Shown here: piece after piece, positions 9,960 through 18,826 of the stretch
How the letters are laid out: the number at the start of each line of letters is the position of its first letter
Numbering within the stretch: the stretch's first letter is position 1
Source of the DNA: Chthoniobacterales bacterium
Lineage (GTDB): Bacteria; Verrucomicrobiota; Verrucomicrobiia; Chthoniobacterales; UBA10450
Assembly (NCBI GenBank): GCA_038230255.1
Contig: JBBRNP010000002.1
Coordinates: 306,134-370,133, forward strand
Length of the DNA stretch: 64,000 bases
Direction: 5' to 3'
Translations under genes and position numbers: made by a program
Notes under the pieces: generated by a model
Told to the model about the DNA's origin: nothing
Database searches by the model: none
The model's input: only the letters and a program-made list of their open reading frames with translations

Positions 9960-10859
9960 TCATCGGGTGGCGACGCGGCGTTCGCGTTGCTTAAAAAACG
10001 AACGCAGCGCCGGCAAATAGTCTTTGCTCGTGCGCAACGTGATCGCGTCAATGTTGTTTCGGCGAAGCGTGCGCGTGAGCTGATTTGCTTTTTCATCCGC
10101 CAAATCGCTGAATCGCGCACGCGTGCCCCGATCAGCGGTGTTGAGTTCAATCTGTTCGCCAGTCTCAGCGTCTTCGAGGGTAATGATTCCGACATTTGGC
10201 AGCACCTGCTCGCGCTCGTCCTGGATGTGAAGCGCAATCAGATCATGCCGGCGACCGCTAACTGCGAGCGGGTGCGAGAAATCGGGCGCTTGAAAATCGG
10301 AAATGAAAAACACAACGGCCCGCCGCGTTACGATCTTGTTTAGGTAATCGAGCGCCAGGGCAACATCAGTCCCGCGACCGACGGGCTCGAAAAACAAAAC
10401 CTCGCGGATAAGTCGAAGCGTGTGCGAGCGGCCTTTCTTCGGCGGAATAAAAAGCTCCACTCGATCGGTAAAAAGGATCAGCCCGACCTTGTCGTTATTC
10501 CGGATCGCGCTGAAGGCGAGGAGACACGCTACTTCCGCCGCCAGTTCACGTTTCGATTGCATCGTGCTTCCAAAATTTCCCGACGCGCTAACATCGACAA
10601 TCAACATCACCGTCAGTTCGCGTTCTTCGGTGAATTTCTTTACGAAAGCGGTTCCGAGTCGCGCGGTCACGTTCCAATCGATCGCGCGAATTTCGTCGCC
10701 CGGTTGGTATTCGCGCACGTCTTCAAAGTTCATCCCGCGACCTTTGAAGACGCTGTGGTAATCGCCGGCGAAAACCGTCTCGACCAGGCCCTTGGTTTTA
10801 ATTTCGAGCGTGCGGATCTTCTTGAGAATCTCCGCAGTTCTTTCCTGCAAACCGTTCAT
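9960..10859 (-). CDS. DUF58 family protein (MoxR partner)
   Basis: Characteristic GDYHSVFKGRGMNFEDVREYQPGDEIRAIDWNVTAR motif. Immediately downstream of moxR. Confidence 0.85.
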   Translation of the reverse strand: MNGLQERTAEILKKIRTLEIKTKGLVETVFAGDYHSVFKGRGMNFEDVREYQPGDEIRAIDWNVTARLGTAFVKKFTEERELTVMLIVDVSASGNFGSTMQSKRELAAEVACLLAFSAIRNNDKVGLILFTDRVELFIPPKKGRSHTLRLIREVLFFEPVGRGTDVALALDYLNKIVTRRAVVFFISDFQAPDFSHPLAVSGRRHDLIALHIQDEREQVLPNVGIITLEDAETGEQIELNTADRGTRARFSDLADEKANQLTRTLRRNNIDAITLRTSKDYLPALRSFFKQRERRVATR

Positions 10860-10867
10860 TGGGGGCT

Positions 10868-11854
10868 TCAGGGAACCGGAAGGCCGGCAAAAATCCTTTC
10901 GATGATCGTTTCGCTCGTGACGGCTTCAGCTTCGGCCTCGTAACTGACAATGATGCGGTGCCGCAAGACGTCCGCTCCGATGCTCTTCACATCTTGCGGA
11001 GTGACGTAACCACGCCCGTTCAAGAACGCGTGGGCGCGCGCGCCGAGCGCGAGATAAATCGTGGCCCGCGGCGATGCGCCGTAACGAATCAATCCTTCGA
11101 GATGCAAATTGTAGGAAGCCGGCTCACGCGTGGCCCAGACAACATCGACAATGTAATCTTTAACGCGGTCGTCGATGTAGATTTGGTTCACCACGTCGCG
11201 CGCGGCGATGACTTGTTTCGGGTCGACGACTGCATTGACGCGCAAATCGGGCGTCGATGTCGCCATTAAATCCAGAATCGTGCGCTCCTCGGATTTTGCC
11301 GGGTAACCGATATTCAATTTGAACATGAATCGATCGAGCTGCGCCTCAGGCAATTGATAGGTTCCTTCCTGCTCGATCGGATTTTGCGTAGCCAAAACGA
11401 GGAATGGATCGGAGAGGGGGTAGGTTTGTTCGCCGATTGTGACCTGGCGTTCCTGCATCGCCTCAAGCAGCGCGCTCTGCACTTTCGCCGGCGCACGGTT
11501 GATTTCGTCGGCCAGAATTAGATTCGAAAAAATTGGGCCGAGTTTGGTCGTGAATTCGCCGGTGCGTGGGTTGTAAATCAATGTGCCGATCAAATCCGCC
11601 GGCAAAAGATCGGGCGTGAATTGTAATCGTTGGAAACCGGTCTGGATCGCCGCCGCCATCGTCTTGACGGTGAGCGTCTTGGCCAAACCCGGCACGCCCT
11701 CGAGCAAAATGTGGCCGTTGGCGAGCAGGCCGAGCAGCAAGCGGTCGACCAGATATTTTTGGCCGACAACGACATGCGACACCTGCTCGCGCAAGAGCGG
11801 GATCCAGAGGCCCAGCTCCTGCACGTCACGGGTGATTTCCTGCGTCGATTTCAT
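10868..11854 (-). CDS. moxR: MoxR-family AAA+ ATPase
   Basis: Walker A-like LLEGVPGLAKT, Walker B LADEINRA and a conserved MoxR C-terminus. I chose the start at the internal M (MKSTQEI...). The ORF extends to 11914. Confidence 0.9.
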   Translation of the reverse strand: MKSTQEITRDVQELGLWIPLLREQVSHVVVGQKYLVDRLLLGLLANGHILLEGVPGLAKTLTVKTMAAAIQTGFQRLQFTPDLLPADLIGTLIYNPRTGEFTTKLGPIFSNLILADEINRAPAKVQSALLEAMQERQVTIGEQTYPLSDPFLVLATQNPIEQEGTYQLPEAQLDRFMFKLNIGYPAKSEERTILDLMATSTPDLRVNAVVDPKQVIAARDVVNQIYIDDRVKDYIVDVVWATREPASYNLHLEGLIRYGASPRATIYLALGARAHAFLNGRGYVTPQDVKSIGADVLRHRIIVSYEAEAEAVTSETIIERIFAGLPVP

Positions 11855-11931
11855 GTGAACATTTTGAGACAAGTCTGAGGTCAACAATGTTCGATTAAAC
11901 TGCGTCCTCGGCAAGCCGCCGAAGGTGGCAA

Positions 11932-13344
11932 TTATTTGCGGCGCGTCTCCGTCCGCGGGCGCAGCGTCAAAATAATCGGCAGGCCCGTATAAGGTTCGGC
12001 ATCGCGGATGCGCGCTTCGAGGTAGCGCGAGTAGGATTGCGAGAGCAATCCCGGATCGTTGACAAACAACACGATCTCCGGCCCTTGAAGGCGCCGATCT
12101 TTCGTTCCCGCCGCTTGCGCGGCATAAAACAACTTCAATCGTCGGCCTTTGACCATGGGCGGTGGATTTGCGGCGAGTGCCGCGCGCATTAACCGATTCA
12201 AAACGCCAGTTCCAATGCGCTTGGCCGATGCGCGCTCAATTTTGCCAATCATTTCGAAAAGCCGCTCGACGTTCTCGCCTGTCCGCGCGGATGCAATTAG
12301 CACCGGTGTGTAGTTGAGAAAGAAAATTCTTTCGCGCGCGTCGTCGGCGAGTTCGCGGATCGTCTGCCGTTCGCCGCGTTTTGGTTTAACCAGGTCCCAT
12401 TTGTTCAGAACAACCAACGCCGCTTTGCGCGCCTCTTGAATCAATCCGGCGATTCGCTTGTCCTGCGCGGTCACGCCGCTGGTAAGATCGACAATCAAAA
12501 TGCAGAGATCGGCCCGACGAATACTTCGCTCAGCTCGCATGACACTGAAGACCTCGACTGAGCTGGAGTGTTTGCCGCGCCTCCGCATTCCAGCCGTGTC
12601 GATGAACAAGAACCGGCGGCCTTCGCGCTCTAAAGAAATGTCGACTGAATCACGCGTTGTTCCCGGCAATTCGCTCACGATCGCGCGCTCGCTCTGTACG
12701 ATCGCATTGATCAGCGAAGATTTGCCGACGTTCGGCCGCCCGATGATGGCGATCTTGTTGTAGCCCAGAGCCTCCATCTCGGTTTTGTCTGCATCCGCGT
12801 CTGCGCTGTCGCGGTCATCGATCGCTGATACAGCGTCTGGGAGCAGTTGATCGATTTCGCCTAACAAATCCGAAATGCCGCGATTATGCTCGGCGCTGAT
12901 CGAAACGATTTTATCAAAGCCTAGCGAATCGAATTCCGCCGCTAGCGAATCGTGCTTGTCGTGATCGATCTTGTTGACCACGAGAACGATCGGCTTTCGC
13001 GATCTTCGTAGCGTGCGTGCGACATCTTGGTCGATGGGCGATAGCCCATGTTTTCCATCGACCATAAACAAGAGAAGATCGCTTGCGCGTAGCGCGTCGT
13101 CCGCTGTCCGCCGAACTTGGGCGACGAGATCCTTTTCGCCGGCGCCAAAAATACCGCCCGTGTCCCAAAGCGTGAACGGGTGTTCTCCGCGGTTGCAGAT
13201 TGCCGAAATCCGGTCGCGGGTGATGCCGGGCTGATCGTGAACAATCGCGATCTTGCGACGAAGGAGTCGATTGAAGAGAGCTGACTTGCCGACATTCGGA
13301 CGTCCGATGATTGCGACGCTCGGCAGTTTTGCCTTTTCGTTCAT
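11932..13344 (-). CDS. der: Ribosome-associated GTPase Der/EngA (double GTPase domain)
   Basis: Two G domains (GRPNVGKSALFN, and GRPNVGKSSLIN with DTAGMRR) plus a KH-like C-terminus. Confidence 0.95.
   Translation of the reverse strand: MNEKAKLPSVAIIGRPNVGKSALFNRLLRRKIAIVHDQPGITRDRISAICNRGEHPFTLWDTGGIFGAGEKDLVAQVRRTADDALRASDLLLFMVDGKHGLSPIDQDVARTLRRSRKPIVLVVNKIDHDKHDSLAAEFDSLGFDKIVSISAEHNRGISDLLGEIDQLLPDAVSAIDDRDSADADADKTEMEALGYNKIAIIGRPNVGKSSLINAIVQSERAIVSELPGTTRDSVDISLEREGRRFLFIDTAGMRRRGKHSSSVEVFSVMRAERSIRRADLCILIVDLTSGVTAQDKRIAGLIQEARKAALVVLNKWDLVKPKRGERQTIRELADDARERIFFLNYTPVLIASARTGENVERLFEMIGKIERASAKRIGTGVLNRLMRAALAANPPPMVKGRRLKLFYAAQAAGTKDRRLQGPEIVLFVNDPGLLSQSYSRYLEARIRDAEPYTGLPIILTLRPRTETRRK
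12484..12495 (-). repeat. Iterated word copy ATTGTCGATCTT
   Basis: Exact 12-mer on the minus strand. Inside der, sense, read as I-V-D-L. Confidence 0.9.
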
Positions 13345-13359
13345 CGCGCCGCTTGAGAA

Positions 13360-13968
13360 TTAATCCCGCGCCGCGTGCGCTTGCCCCTCAGCTTGCAACT
13401 GACGCACGCCTTCCATCATGTAGATGATGCCGGAAATAAGCGTAAAAGCGCCGGCGACGCTGACGACAAAGATGAGAGGAAGGAAATGAAGCTGCAACAT
13501 TACCCAGGCGATCGCGCACATCTGGCAGACGGTTGCTACTTTTCCAGTCCAACTTGGTTTGATGCGCATTCTATTGCCGATGAAATAATGCAGGATCGCA
13601 GCGCCGACCAGAATGACGGCGTCGCGAGTGATGACGAGGACCGGGAACCATGCCGGAAACCTGCCGTACTCCGGATCGACTTCGCTCCAATTGCTGATGC
13701 TCAAAGTGATGACGCCACTCAGTAACAGCCCCTTGTCCGCGATCGGATCAAGAATTGCGCCCAGTTCGCTCCGCTGTTTGTAGCGGCGCGCGATGTAGCC
13801 ATCAAGGCCGTCGCTGACGGCCGCGATCAAAAAAATGGCGATGGCAGTGAAGCGTTGCCATTCCAGCGCCGCGCCGCGTTGAATGCTTTGGCCATAATAA
13901 ATCGCCATCGTGACGAACGCCGGGATCAGCAGGATGCGCGCGATGGTGATTTTATTGGCAGTCGTCAT
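13360..13968 (-). CDS. pgsA: CDP-alcohol phosphatidyltransferase (PgsA-like)
   Basis: DG-x2-AR-x8-G-x3-D-x3-D motif (DGLDGYIARRYKQRSELGAILDPIADK) and multiple TM helices. Confidence 0.85.
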   Translation of the reverse strand: MTTANKITIARILLIPAFVTMAIYYGQSIQRGAALEWQRFTAIAIFLIAAVSDGLDGYIARRYKQRSELGAILDPIADKGLLLSGVITLSISNWSEVDPEYGRFPAWFPVLVITRDAVILVGAAILHYFIGNRMRIKPSWTGKVATVCQMCAIAWVMLQLHFLPLIFVVSVAGAFTLISGIIYMMEGVRQLQAEGQAHAARD

Positions 13969-13985
13969 CGGGTTTCAAAATAAAT

Positions 13986-14045
13986 TGTAGGGCGTTTCTG
14001 CGAAACGCCAATGCTTAGATCGGCGTCTGCCACAGAAGCCCTATA
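13986..14045. repeat. REP-like imperfect hairpin (TGTAGGGC...GCCCTATA)
   Basis: Inverted arms TGTAGGGCGTTTCTGCGAAACGCC and GGCGTCTGCCACAGAAGCCCTATA, in the gap between the pfpI stop and the pgsA start. Confidence 0.5.
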
Positions 14046-14065
14046 AATATTTCTGTAACGCGGCG

Positions 14066-14653
14066 TTACGTCTCCAGTGGCGCAGTCGCGACTGCTTTTT
14101 GGGCCTCATGTTTCCCTTCGCAGAATTCCTCGATCATTTTTCGATTAAACGCCGGGATGTCGTCCGGTTTGCGGCTCGTCACCAGCCCGTTATCGACCAC
14201 GACTTCTTCGTTTACCCAGTGGCCTCCGGCGTTTTTGACGTCGGTCTTAATTGCCGGCCACGAGGTCAGCGTTCTTCCCCGCACCACGCCCGCGTCGATC
14301 AAGACCCATGGCCCATGACAAATCGCCGCCACGGGTTTGCCCGCTTCAAAGAAATGACGGGTGAATTCGACCGCGTCTTCGTTGGAGCGCAGCGCGTCCG
14401 GGTTCATCAAGCCACCGGGAATCATCAGCGCGTCGAAATCGTCCGGGCGCGCGTCAGCGAGGGTAAGATCGACATCGAACTTGTCGCCCTTGTCCGCGTG
14501 ATTCATGCCCTGGATCTGGCCGGATTTCAGCGAAACGATCTTCGTTTCCGCGCCGGCGTCATCGAGCGCCTGTCTTGGTTTTGTCATTTCGACTTGTTCA
14601 AAACCATCCGTCACCAGAATGGCCACCTTCTTTCCTTCCAATTTCCGAGCCAT
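14066..14653 (-). CDS. DJ-1/PfpI family type 1 glutamine amidotransferase-like protein
   Basis: Nucleophile elbow AAICHGPWVL. Length and overall sequence are typical of PfpI/YhbO. Confidence 0.9.
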   Translation of the reverse strand: MARKLEGKKVAILVTDGFEQVEMTKPRQALDDAGAETKIVSLKSGQIQGMNHADKGDKFDVDLTLADARPDDFDALMIPGGLMNPDALRSNEDAVEFTRHFFEAGKPVAAICHGPWVLIDAGVVRGRTLTSWPAIKTDVKNAGGHWVNEEVVVDNGLVTSRKPDDIPAFNRKMIEEFCEGKHEAQKAVATAPLET

Positions 14654-14827
14654 AAATCCTCCCTTTGAGTTGCGTTGTGATTGTTAACGAGGACACCGCC
14701 GAGGTGCCTCTCTATATAGTACAACGCAGACAGCGGCACTCGATGGACGTATTGGCTTATTCTGGCCGCAATCGCGATGGACGCTTGCCGAGCCGTAGCC
14801 TTGGCGAAGGCTGGTGCCGAATTGGGT

Positions 14828-14867
14828 GGAAAAACATCGGAGCGGCACATGAACCAGTGCCGCTCCG
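14828..14867 (-). terminator. Candidate intrinsic terminator on the minus strand
   Basis: Perfect 11-bp stem CGGAGCGGCAC / GTGCCGCTCCG (14838..14867) with an 8-nt loop. Read on the minus strand it is followed by ATGTTTTTCC. Confidence 0.45.
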
Positions 14868-15053
14868 AAGGGGAAAACAGCCGCGTGTGATCCCTTGCTC
14901 CAAAGGTAAATACGGCGTTCCCGAATCAAAGTTCGCGTTTTTTTACGAAATTATCGGAGGGAAGCGCTTCTCAGTCGGTCTTCCTTACTGCCAGCCCGGC
15001 TCGGACTTGGCGTAAGCGGTTCCCATGGCTACACTTCTCTGCTGTTAAAAGCG

Positions 15054-15139
15054 GCCGATGTGGCGAAATGGCAGACGCAACGGACTTAAAATCCGTTGGG
15101 CTTAATAGGCCCGTGTGGGTTCGAGTCCCGCCATCGGCA
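15054..15139 (+). tRNA. tRNA-Leu (anticodon TAA), type II with long variable arm
   Basis: Hand-folded. Acceptor GCCGATG/CATCGGC, anticodon stem ACGGA/TCCGT, loop CTTAAAA, long variable arm, T-loop TTCGAGT, discriminator A. Confidence 0.9.
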
Positions 15140-15147
15140 ATCACAAA

Positions 15148-15218
15148 CTAGACAGGATTAACAAGATTAACCGGATTCGGATTTCTTTAATCGTTTCAAT
15201 CCTGTAAATCCTGTCTAG
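15148..15218. repeat. REP-like hairpin built from 9-nt sub-repeats (GACAGGATT family), copy 1
   Basis: CTAGACAGGATT...AATCCTGTCTAG is a perfect 12-bp outer stem. The arms are NNNNGGATT x3 and its complement. Lies between tRNA-Leu and the next gene. Confidence 0.75.
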
Positions 15219-15222
15219 AACA

Positions 15223-15786
15223 ATGGAACGCCCACTTTTCATTCCAGTGATCCTCGGCACCGCGCGACAAGGCCGGGAAAGCGAAGACGCCGCTAAGCTT
15301 GTTTTTGAGCAAACAAAAAAGCGCGCCGGCGTGGAAACGGAATTGATCGATGTCCGCACGTTGCCGATGAAGCTCGATGATGCCGGCGAGCAGATGAAAG
15401 ACCCGAAATTTTCGGCAACGATCGAGCGCTGCGACGGTCTCATCATCGTCACGCCCGAGTACAATCACAGTTTTCCCGGACTGCTAAAGCACGCGCTCGA
15501 CATGAATTTGAAGGAATACATCCACAAAGCGGTCGGGATTTGCGGCGTCTCGGCCGGCGTTTTCGGCGGCGCCCGCGTGATCGAGACGTTACTTCCCATA
15601 ATGCGCGAGCTCGGGCTGGTCACGATCTTCGAAGACGTTAACTTCGGCCGGATCGGCACGCTTTTCGACGAGCGCGGCAAGTTGCTCGACGAAAACTTCG
15701 TCCGCCGCGTCGACAGGTTCCTGAACGAACTGATCTGGATGTCGCGCGTCCTCCGCCACGGTCGCCAAAACATCGCCCCGGTCTGA
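15223..15786 (+). CDS. NAD(P)H-dependent FMN reductase family oxidoreductase
   Basis: The N-terminal LGTARQGRESE motif and TPEYNHSFPGLLK are typical of the FMN_red family. Confidence 0.8.
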   Translation: MERPLFIPVILGTARQGRESEDAAKLVFEQTKKRAGVETELIDVRTLPMKLDDAGEQMKDPKFSATIERCDGLIIVTPEYNHSFPGLLKHALDMNLKEYIHKAVGICGVSAGVFGGARVIETLLPIMRELGLVTIFEDVNFGRIGTLFDERGKLLDENFVRRVDRFLNELIWMSRVLRHGRQNIAPV

Positions 15787-15938
15787 TTCTGGCGGTTAAA
15801 GGTCATTACCCCTCGCTACGCAGGGCCGGGACACGTATTTACAGCGGTCGTTCCCTCGATAGATTTTCGGGCGCGGCCGTGTTTTGAACGCGCAGGCAGC
15901 GTCCGCGGTCACAGCATCGCCGCTACATAGGCAAATCA

Positions 15939-17537
15939 ATGGAGCAAAATCCACCGCCACCAACGTTTCCTTCACCGGAAGAGCTGAAGACAAAGATCAC
16001 CGAGTTTATGAAACAGAACTTCGGAGATCGCGTTTCGGTCGCGGCTTTTCCTGCGCCCGAGCCGGCCGAAGCCGAGCCGGAGGAGAAGCCGGAGAAGATC
16101 GACAGTCAGGAGTTCGAGTTCAATTTTTTGCCGCGCGATATCAAGGCGCACCTCGACCGTTTCGTGATCAAGCAGGATGAGGCGAAGAAGGTGCTCGCGA
16201 TCGCAGTGTGCGATCATTACAACCACGCCAAATATCTACGCCAGCTCGGGAAGGAAAATCCGGAGCGGGCCGAGCAAACCGAATACGCGAAACAGAATGT
16301 GATTCTGGTCGGGCCGACCGGTGTCGGAAAAACTTATCTGATCAAGCACATTGCCGACTTGATCAAGGTGCCGTTCGTAAAAGCCGACGCGACCAAGTTC
16401 AGCGAGACCGGTTACGTGGGCGGGGACGTGGAAGATTTGGTGCGCGAGCTGGTGCACAAGGCTAACGGCGACATCAACCTTGCGCAGTTCGGCATCATTT
16501 ACATCGACGAGGTCGACAAGATAGCGTCCGCCGGAAATTTAATCGGTCGCGACGTCAGTGGCCGCGGCGTGCAAACGACGTTGTTGAAATTGATGGAAGA
16601 AACGGAAGTGCCGGTGCGGAGCATGAACGATCTTCAGGCGCAATTGCAGGCGGCGTTTGAGTTTCAACGAAAGGGCAAAGCCAAGCGCGAGACCATCAAC
16701 ACGCGCCACATTCTTTTCGTGGTCAGCGGAGCGTTTGAAAAATTGAAGGAGCAAGTGGCCCGACGCGTGCGTCAGGGACAGATCGGTTTCCGGGCCGATA
16801 TGGTCGAGGTGATGGACAACGAACTGTTTCAATACGTGACCACGAAAGATTTTGTCGAGTACGGTTTCGAACCGGAATTCATTGGGCGGCTGCCGGTGCG
16901 CGTGGTCTGCCTCGATCTCGATGCCGACGATCTTTTCAAGATCATGAAATTTTCGGAAGGCAGCTTGCTTCGCCAATACGAGCGCGCGTTTCGCGCTTAC
17001 GGGATCGACATCAGTTTCGAGGACGAAGCGCTGCGCTTGATCGCCGAGGCCGCGGCCGGCGAGAGGACCGGCGCACGGGGATTGCTTACTGTGTTCGAAA
17101 AGTTGTTCCGCGATTACAAATATTACCTGGCCGGCTCGGGTTTGAGTCAGCTTCGAGTCACGGCCGAGCTGGTGCGCGAACCGAAGCGCGTCCTTGATCG
17201 CCTCATGGCCGAGGGTGAAAAACAGGAGGCAAAGATGTTAGAGGGCGCGGCTCGACAGTTCGCGGAGACGTTCGGCAAGGAACACGGCATTGAAATTGTT
17301 TTTGACGACTCGGCCTTACGGCGTTTGGTGGAACGCGCCCAAGCCGAACGGATGAACATGAACGATCTCTGCGCCCATTTGTTCAAGGATTTCCACTTTG
17401 GACTGAGCCTGGTGAAAAAGAACACCGGCCGGACAAAATTTGTCCTCGGAGCAGAGGCGGTGGATACGCCGGACAGTTGTTTGAGCGAGCTGGTGGTGCA
17501 GTCGCATTACCCGGCGGCCGCGAACGCGAAAGCTTGA
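15939..17537 (+). CDS. ClpX-family AAA+ unfoldase paralog lacking the N-terminal zinc-binding domain
   Basis: Walker A GPTGVGKT, pore loop GYVG, Walker B IIYIDEVDK, IGF tripeptide (QIGFRAD), EPEFIGRLPV and sensor GARGL. There are no Cys residues in the N-terminal ~80 aa. It carries about 150 aa of extra C-terminal sequence. Confidence 0.85.
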   Translation: MEQNPPPPTFPSPEELKTKITEFMKQNFGDRVSVAAFPAPEPAEAEPEEKPEKIDSQEFEFNFLPRDIKAHLDRFVIKQDEAKKVLAIAVCDHYNHAKYLRQLGKENPERAEQTEYAKQNVILVGPTGVGKTYLIKHIADLIKVPFVKADATKFSETGYVGGDVEDLVRELVHKANGDINLAQFGIIYIDEVDKIASAGNLIGRDVSGRGVQTTLLKLMEETEVPVRSMNDLQAQLQAAFEFQRKGKAKRETINTRHILFVVSGAFEKLKEQVARRVRQGQIGFRADMVEVMDNELFQYVTTKDFVEYGFEPEFIGRLPVRVVCLDLDADDLFKIMKFSEGSLLRQYERAFRAYGIDISFEDEALRLIAEAAAGERTGARGLLTVFEKLFRDYKYYLAGSGLSQLRVTAELVREPKRVLDRLMAEGEKQEAKMLEGAARQFAETFGKEHGIEIVFDDSALRRLVERAQAERMNMNDLCAHLFKDFHFGLSLVKKNTGRTKFVLGAEAVDTPDSCLSELVVQSHYPAAANAKA

Positions 17538-17547
17538 TCTTGTTGTC

Positions 17548-18795
17548 ATGAAACGCCCGCTCCTCGCCACTTTGATTATTGGGATCTTCGTCGTGGTCGG
17601 CGTCGCAGCAATGCACCTCAGTCCGCAGGTGCTGCAGTTCGAATCGCGGGCCGCGGAATATATTTCTCCCTACAGCGCCGCGACCCACGTCGTGCCGAAG
17701 CAATGGCAATACGTATTCATGTCGATCGTATCTTTCGGGGTAGCGGCGTTGACCGTCACCAGCTTGCGACGGCGCCGGATTGCATTGCTCGCGCTCGGAT
17801 TATTGATCGAGCTCGCGGCCGTTTCCTGGATTTGCTCGCTTTACAAAGTGTTCTTTCAACCGCTGCCGTCGATGTTCGCGGTCGCGCTCGCTTTCATCGT
17901 TGCCGACCGCTACACCGCCATCGCCCAGCGTGGTCGGTCCGTCACCGCGCGCGCATTTTTCGGCGATCGCTTGTCGAAAGAACAAGTGCAGCGCGTAATC
18001 GCAGGGGACATTCCGTTTGATCCGGAGGCGAAGGCTTACGAAACCACGGTGGTGGTTTGCGACGTGGCCAACAAATACGATCTCGCGGAAGATTGTGAGC
18101 CGCCAGTGTTCGGCAAAATCACCGAGGAATTCATTCGCCGCGCGACCGACGCTTTTATGCAAGCGGGGGCCTACATCCAAACCGCGGATGCGGAGGGCGT
18201 CGTCGCGCTCTTTGGTTTTCCGGAAACGGACGCGCATCATGGCGACAAAGCCGTGCGCGTTGCGCTGGACGTAGTCGAGCAATTTCAAAAGGCGCGTATC
18301 ACTAACGGTGAAGCGAAGTGCGATGTGCATCTCGGGGTGAGCTCGGGAACGATGATTGTTGCGCCGCTTCAGGACGGCGAGCGGCCGGGATTGATCACCA
18401 GCGGCGAACCGGTTGAATTAGCGCGGCGTTTTTGCGTCGCAAATCGTTTCTATGGTTCGCGAGTTTTGATCGGACCGCGCACGTTTGAGCTGGCGAGCCG
18501 ATATATCGTTGCACGCCCGATCGATTTTCTCAGCGGTGTAAATTCGCGGGAGCGCCACGAAATTTACGAACCGCTCTGGCCGGCGGCGGAAGCGAAACCG
18601 GAACAGTTGGCCCGGCGCGACTGTTTCTGGAACGGCGTCGTGTTTTATCGCGAGAAACGCTGGGCCGAGGCGTATTCAGAATTTCAAAAGGCGCGCGGAC
18701 CTAACGAGGAAGAAGACGCGCCCCTGCAATTGTATCTCCGCCGCCTCGAGCCGCTCGCGCTGAATCTGGCCGAAGTGCCGATGAGGCCGGCGTAA
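17548..18795 (+). CDS. Membrane-anchored class III adenylate/guanylate cyclase domain protein
   Basis: About 4 N-terminal TM helices, then a cyclase homology domain (TTVVVCDVANKYDL..., GVVALFGFPE..., GVSSGTMIV) and a C-terminal helical region. It starts 10 nt after the ClpX-like stop. Confidence 0.75.
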   Translation: MKRPLLATLIIGIFVVVGVAAMHLSPQVLQFESRAAEYISPYSAATHVVPKQWQYVFMSIVSFGVAALTVTSLRRRRIALLALGLLIELAAVSWICSLYKVFFQPLPSMFAVALAFIVADRYTAIAQRGRSVTARAFFGDRLSKEQVQRVIAGDIPFDPEAKAYETTVVVCDVANKYDLAEDCEPPVFGKITEEFIRRATDAFMQAGAYIQTADAEGVVALFGFPETDAHHGDKAVRVALDVVEQFQKARITNGEAKCDVHLGVSSGTMIVAPLQDGERPGLITSGEPVELARRFCVANRFYGSRVLIGPRTFELASRYIVARPIDFLSGVNSRERHEIYEPLWPAAEAKPEQLARRDCFWNGVVFYREKRWAEAYSEFQKARGPNEEEDAPLQLYLRRLEPLALNLAEVPMRPA

Positions 18796-18826
18796 GCAGG
18801 AAGCGGGTCCGAACCGGGCTGGCAGT

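Noticed and set aside
14665-15015. 116-aa plus-strand and 81-aa minus-strand ORFs in the spacer between the PfpI-family gene and tRNA-Leu
   Set aside because: They have no recognisable motifs, odd composition and mutually overlapping frames. The region is better treated as non-coding and a possible RNA.
14654-15053. RNase P, SRP, tmRNA or 6S RNA in the long spacer
   Set aside because: The hallmark motifs (for example GGAAAGTCCGGGC and ACAGAACCCGGCTTA for RNase P, or the SRP GGAA tetraloop helix) are not present. I kept it only as a generic sRNA/leader candidate.
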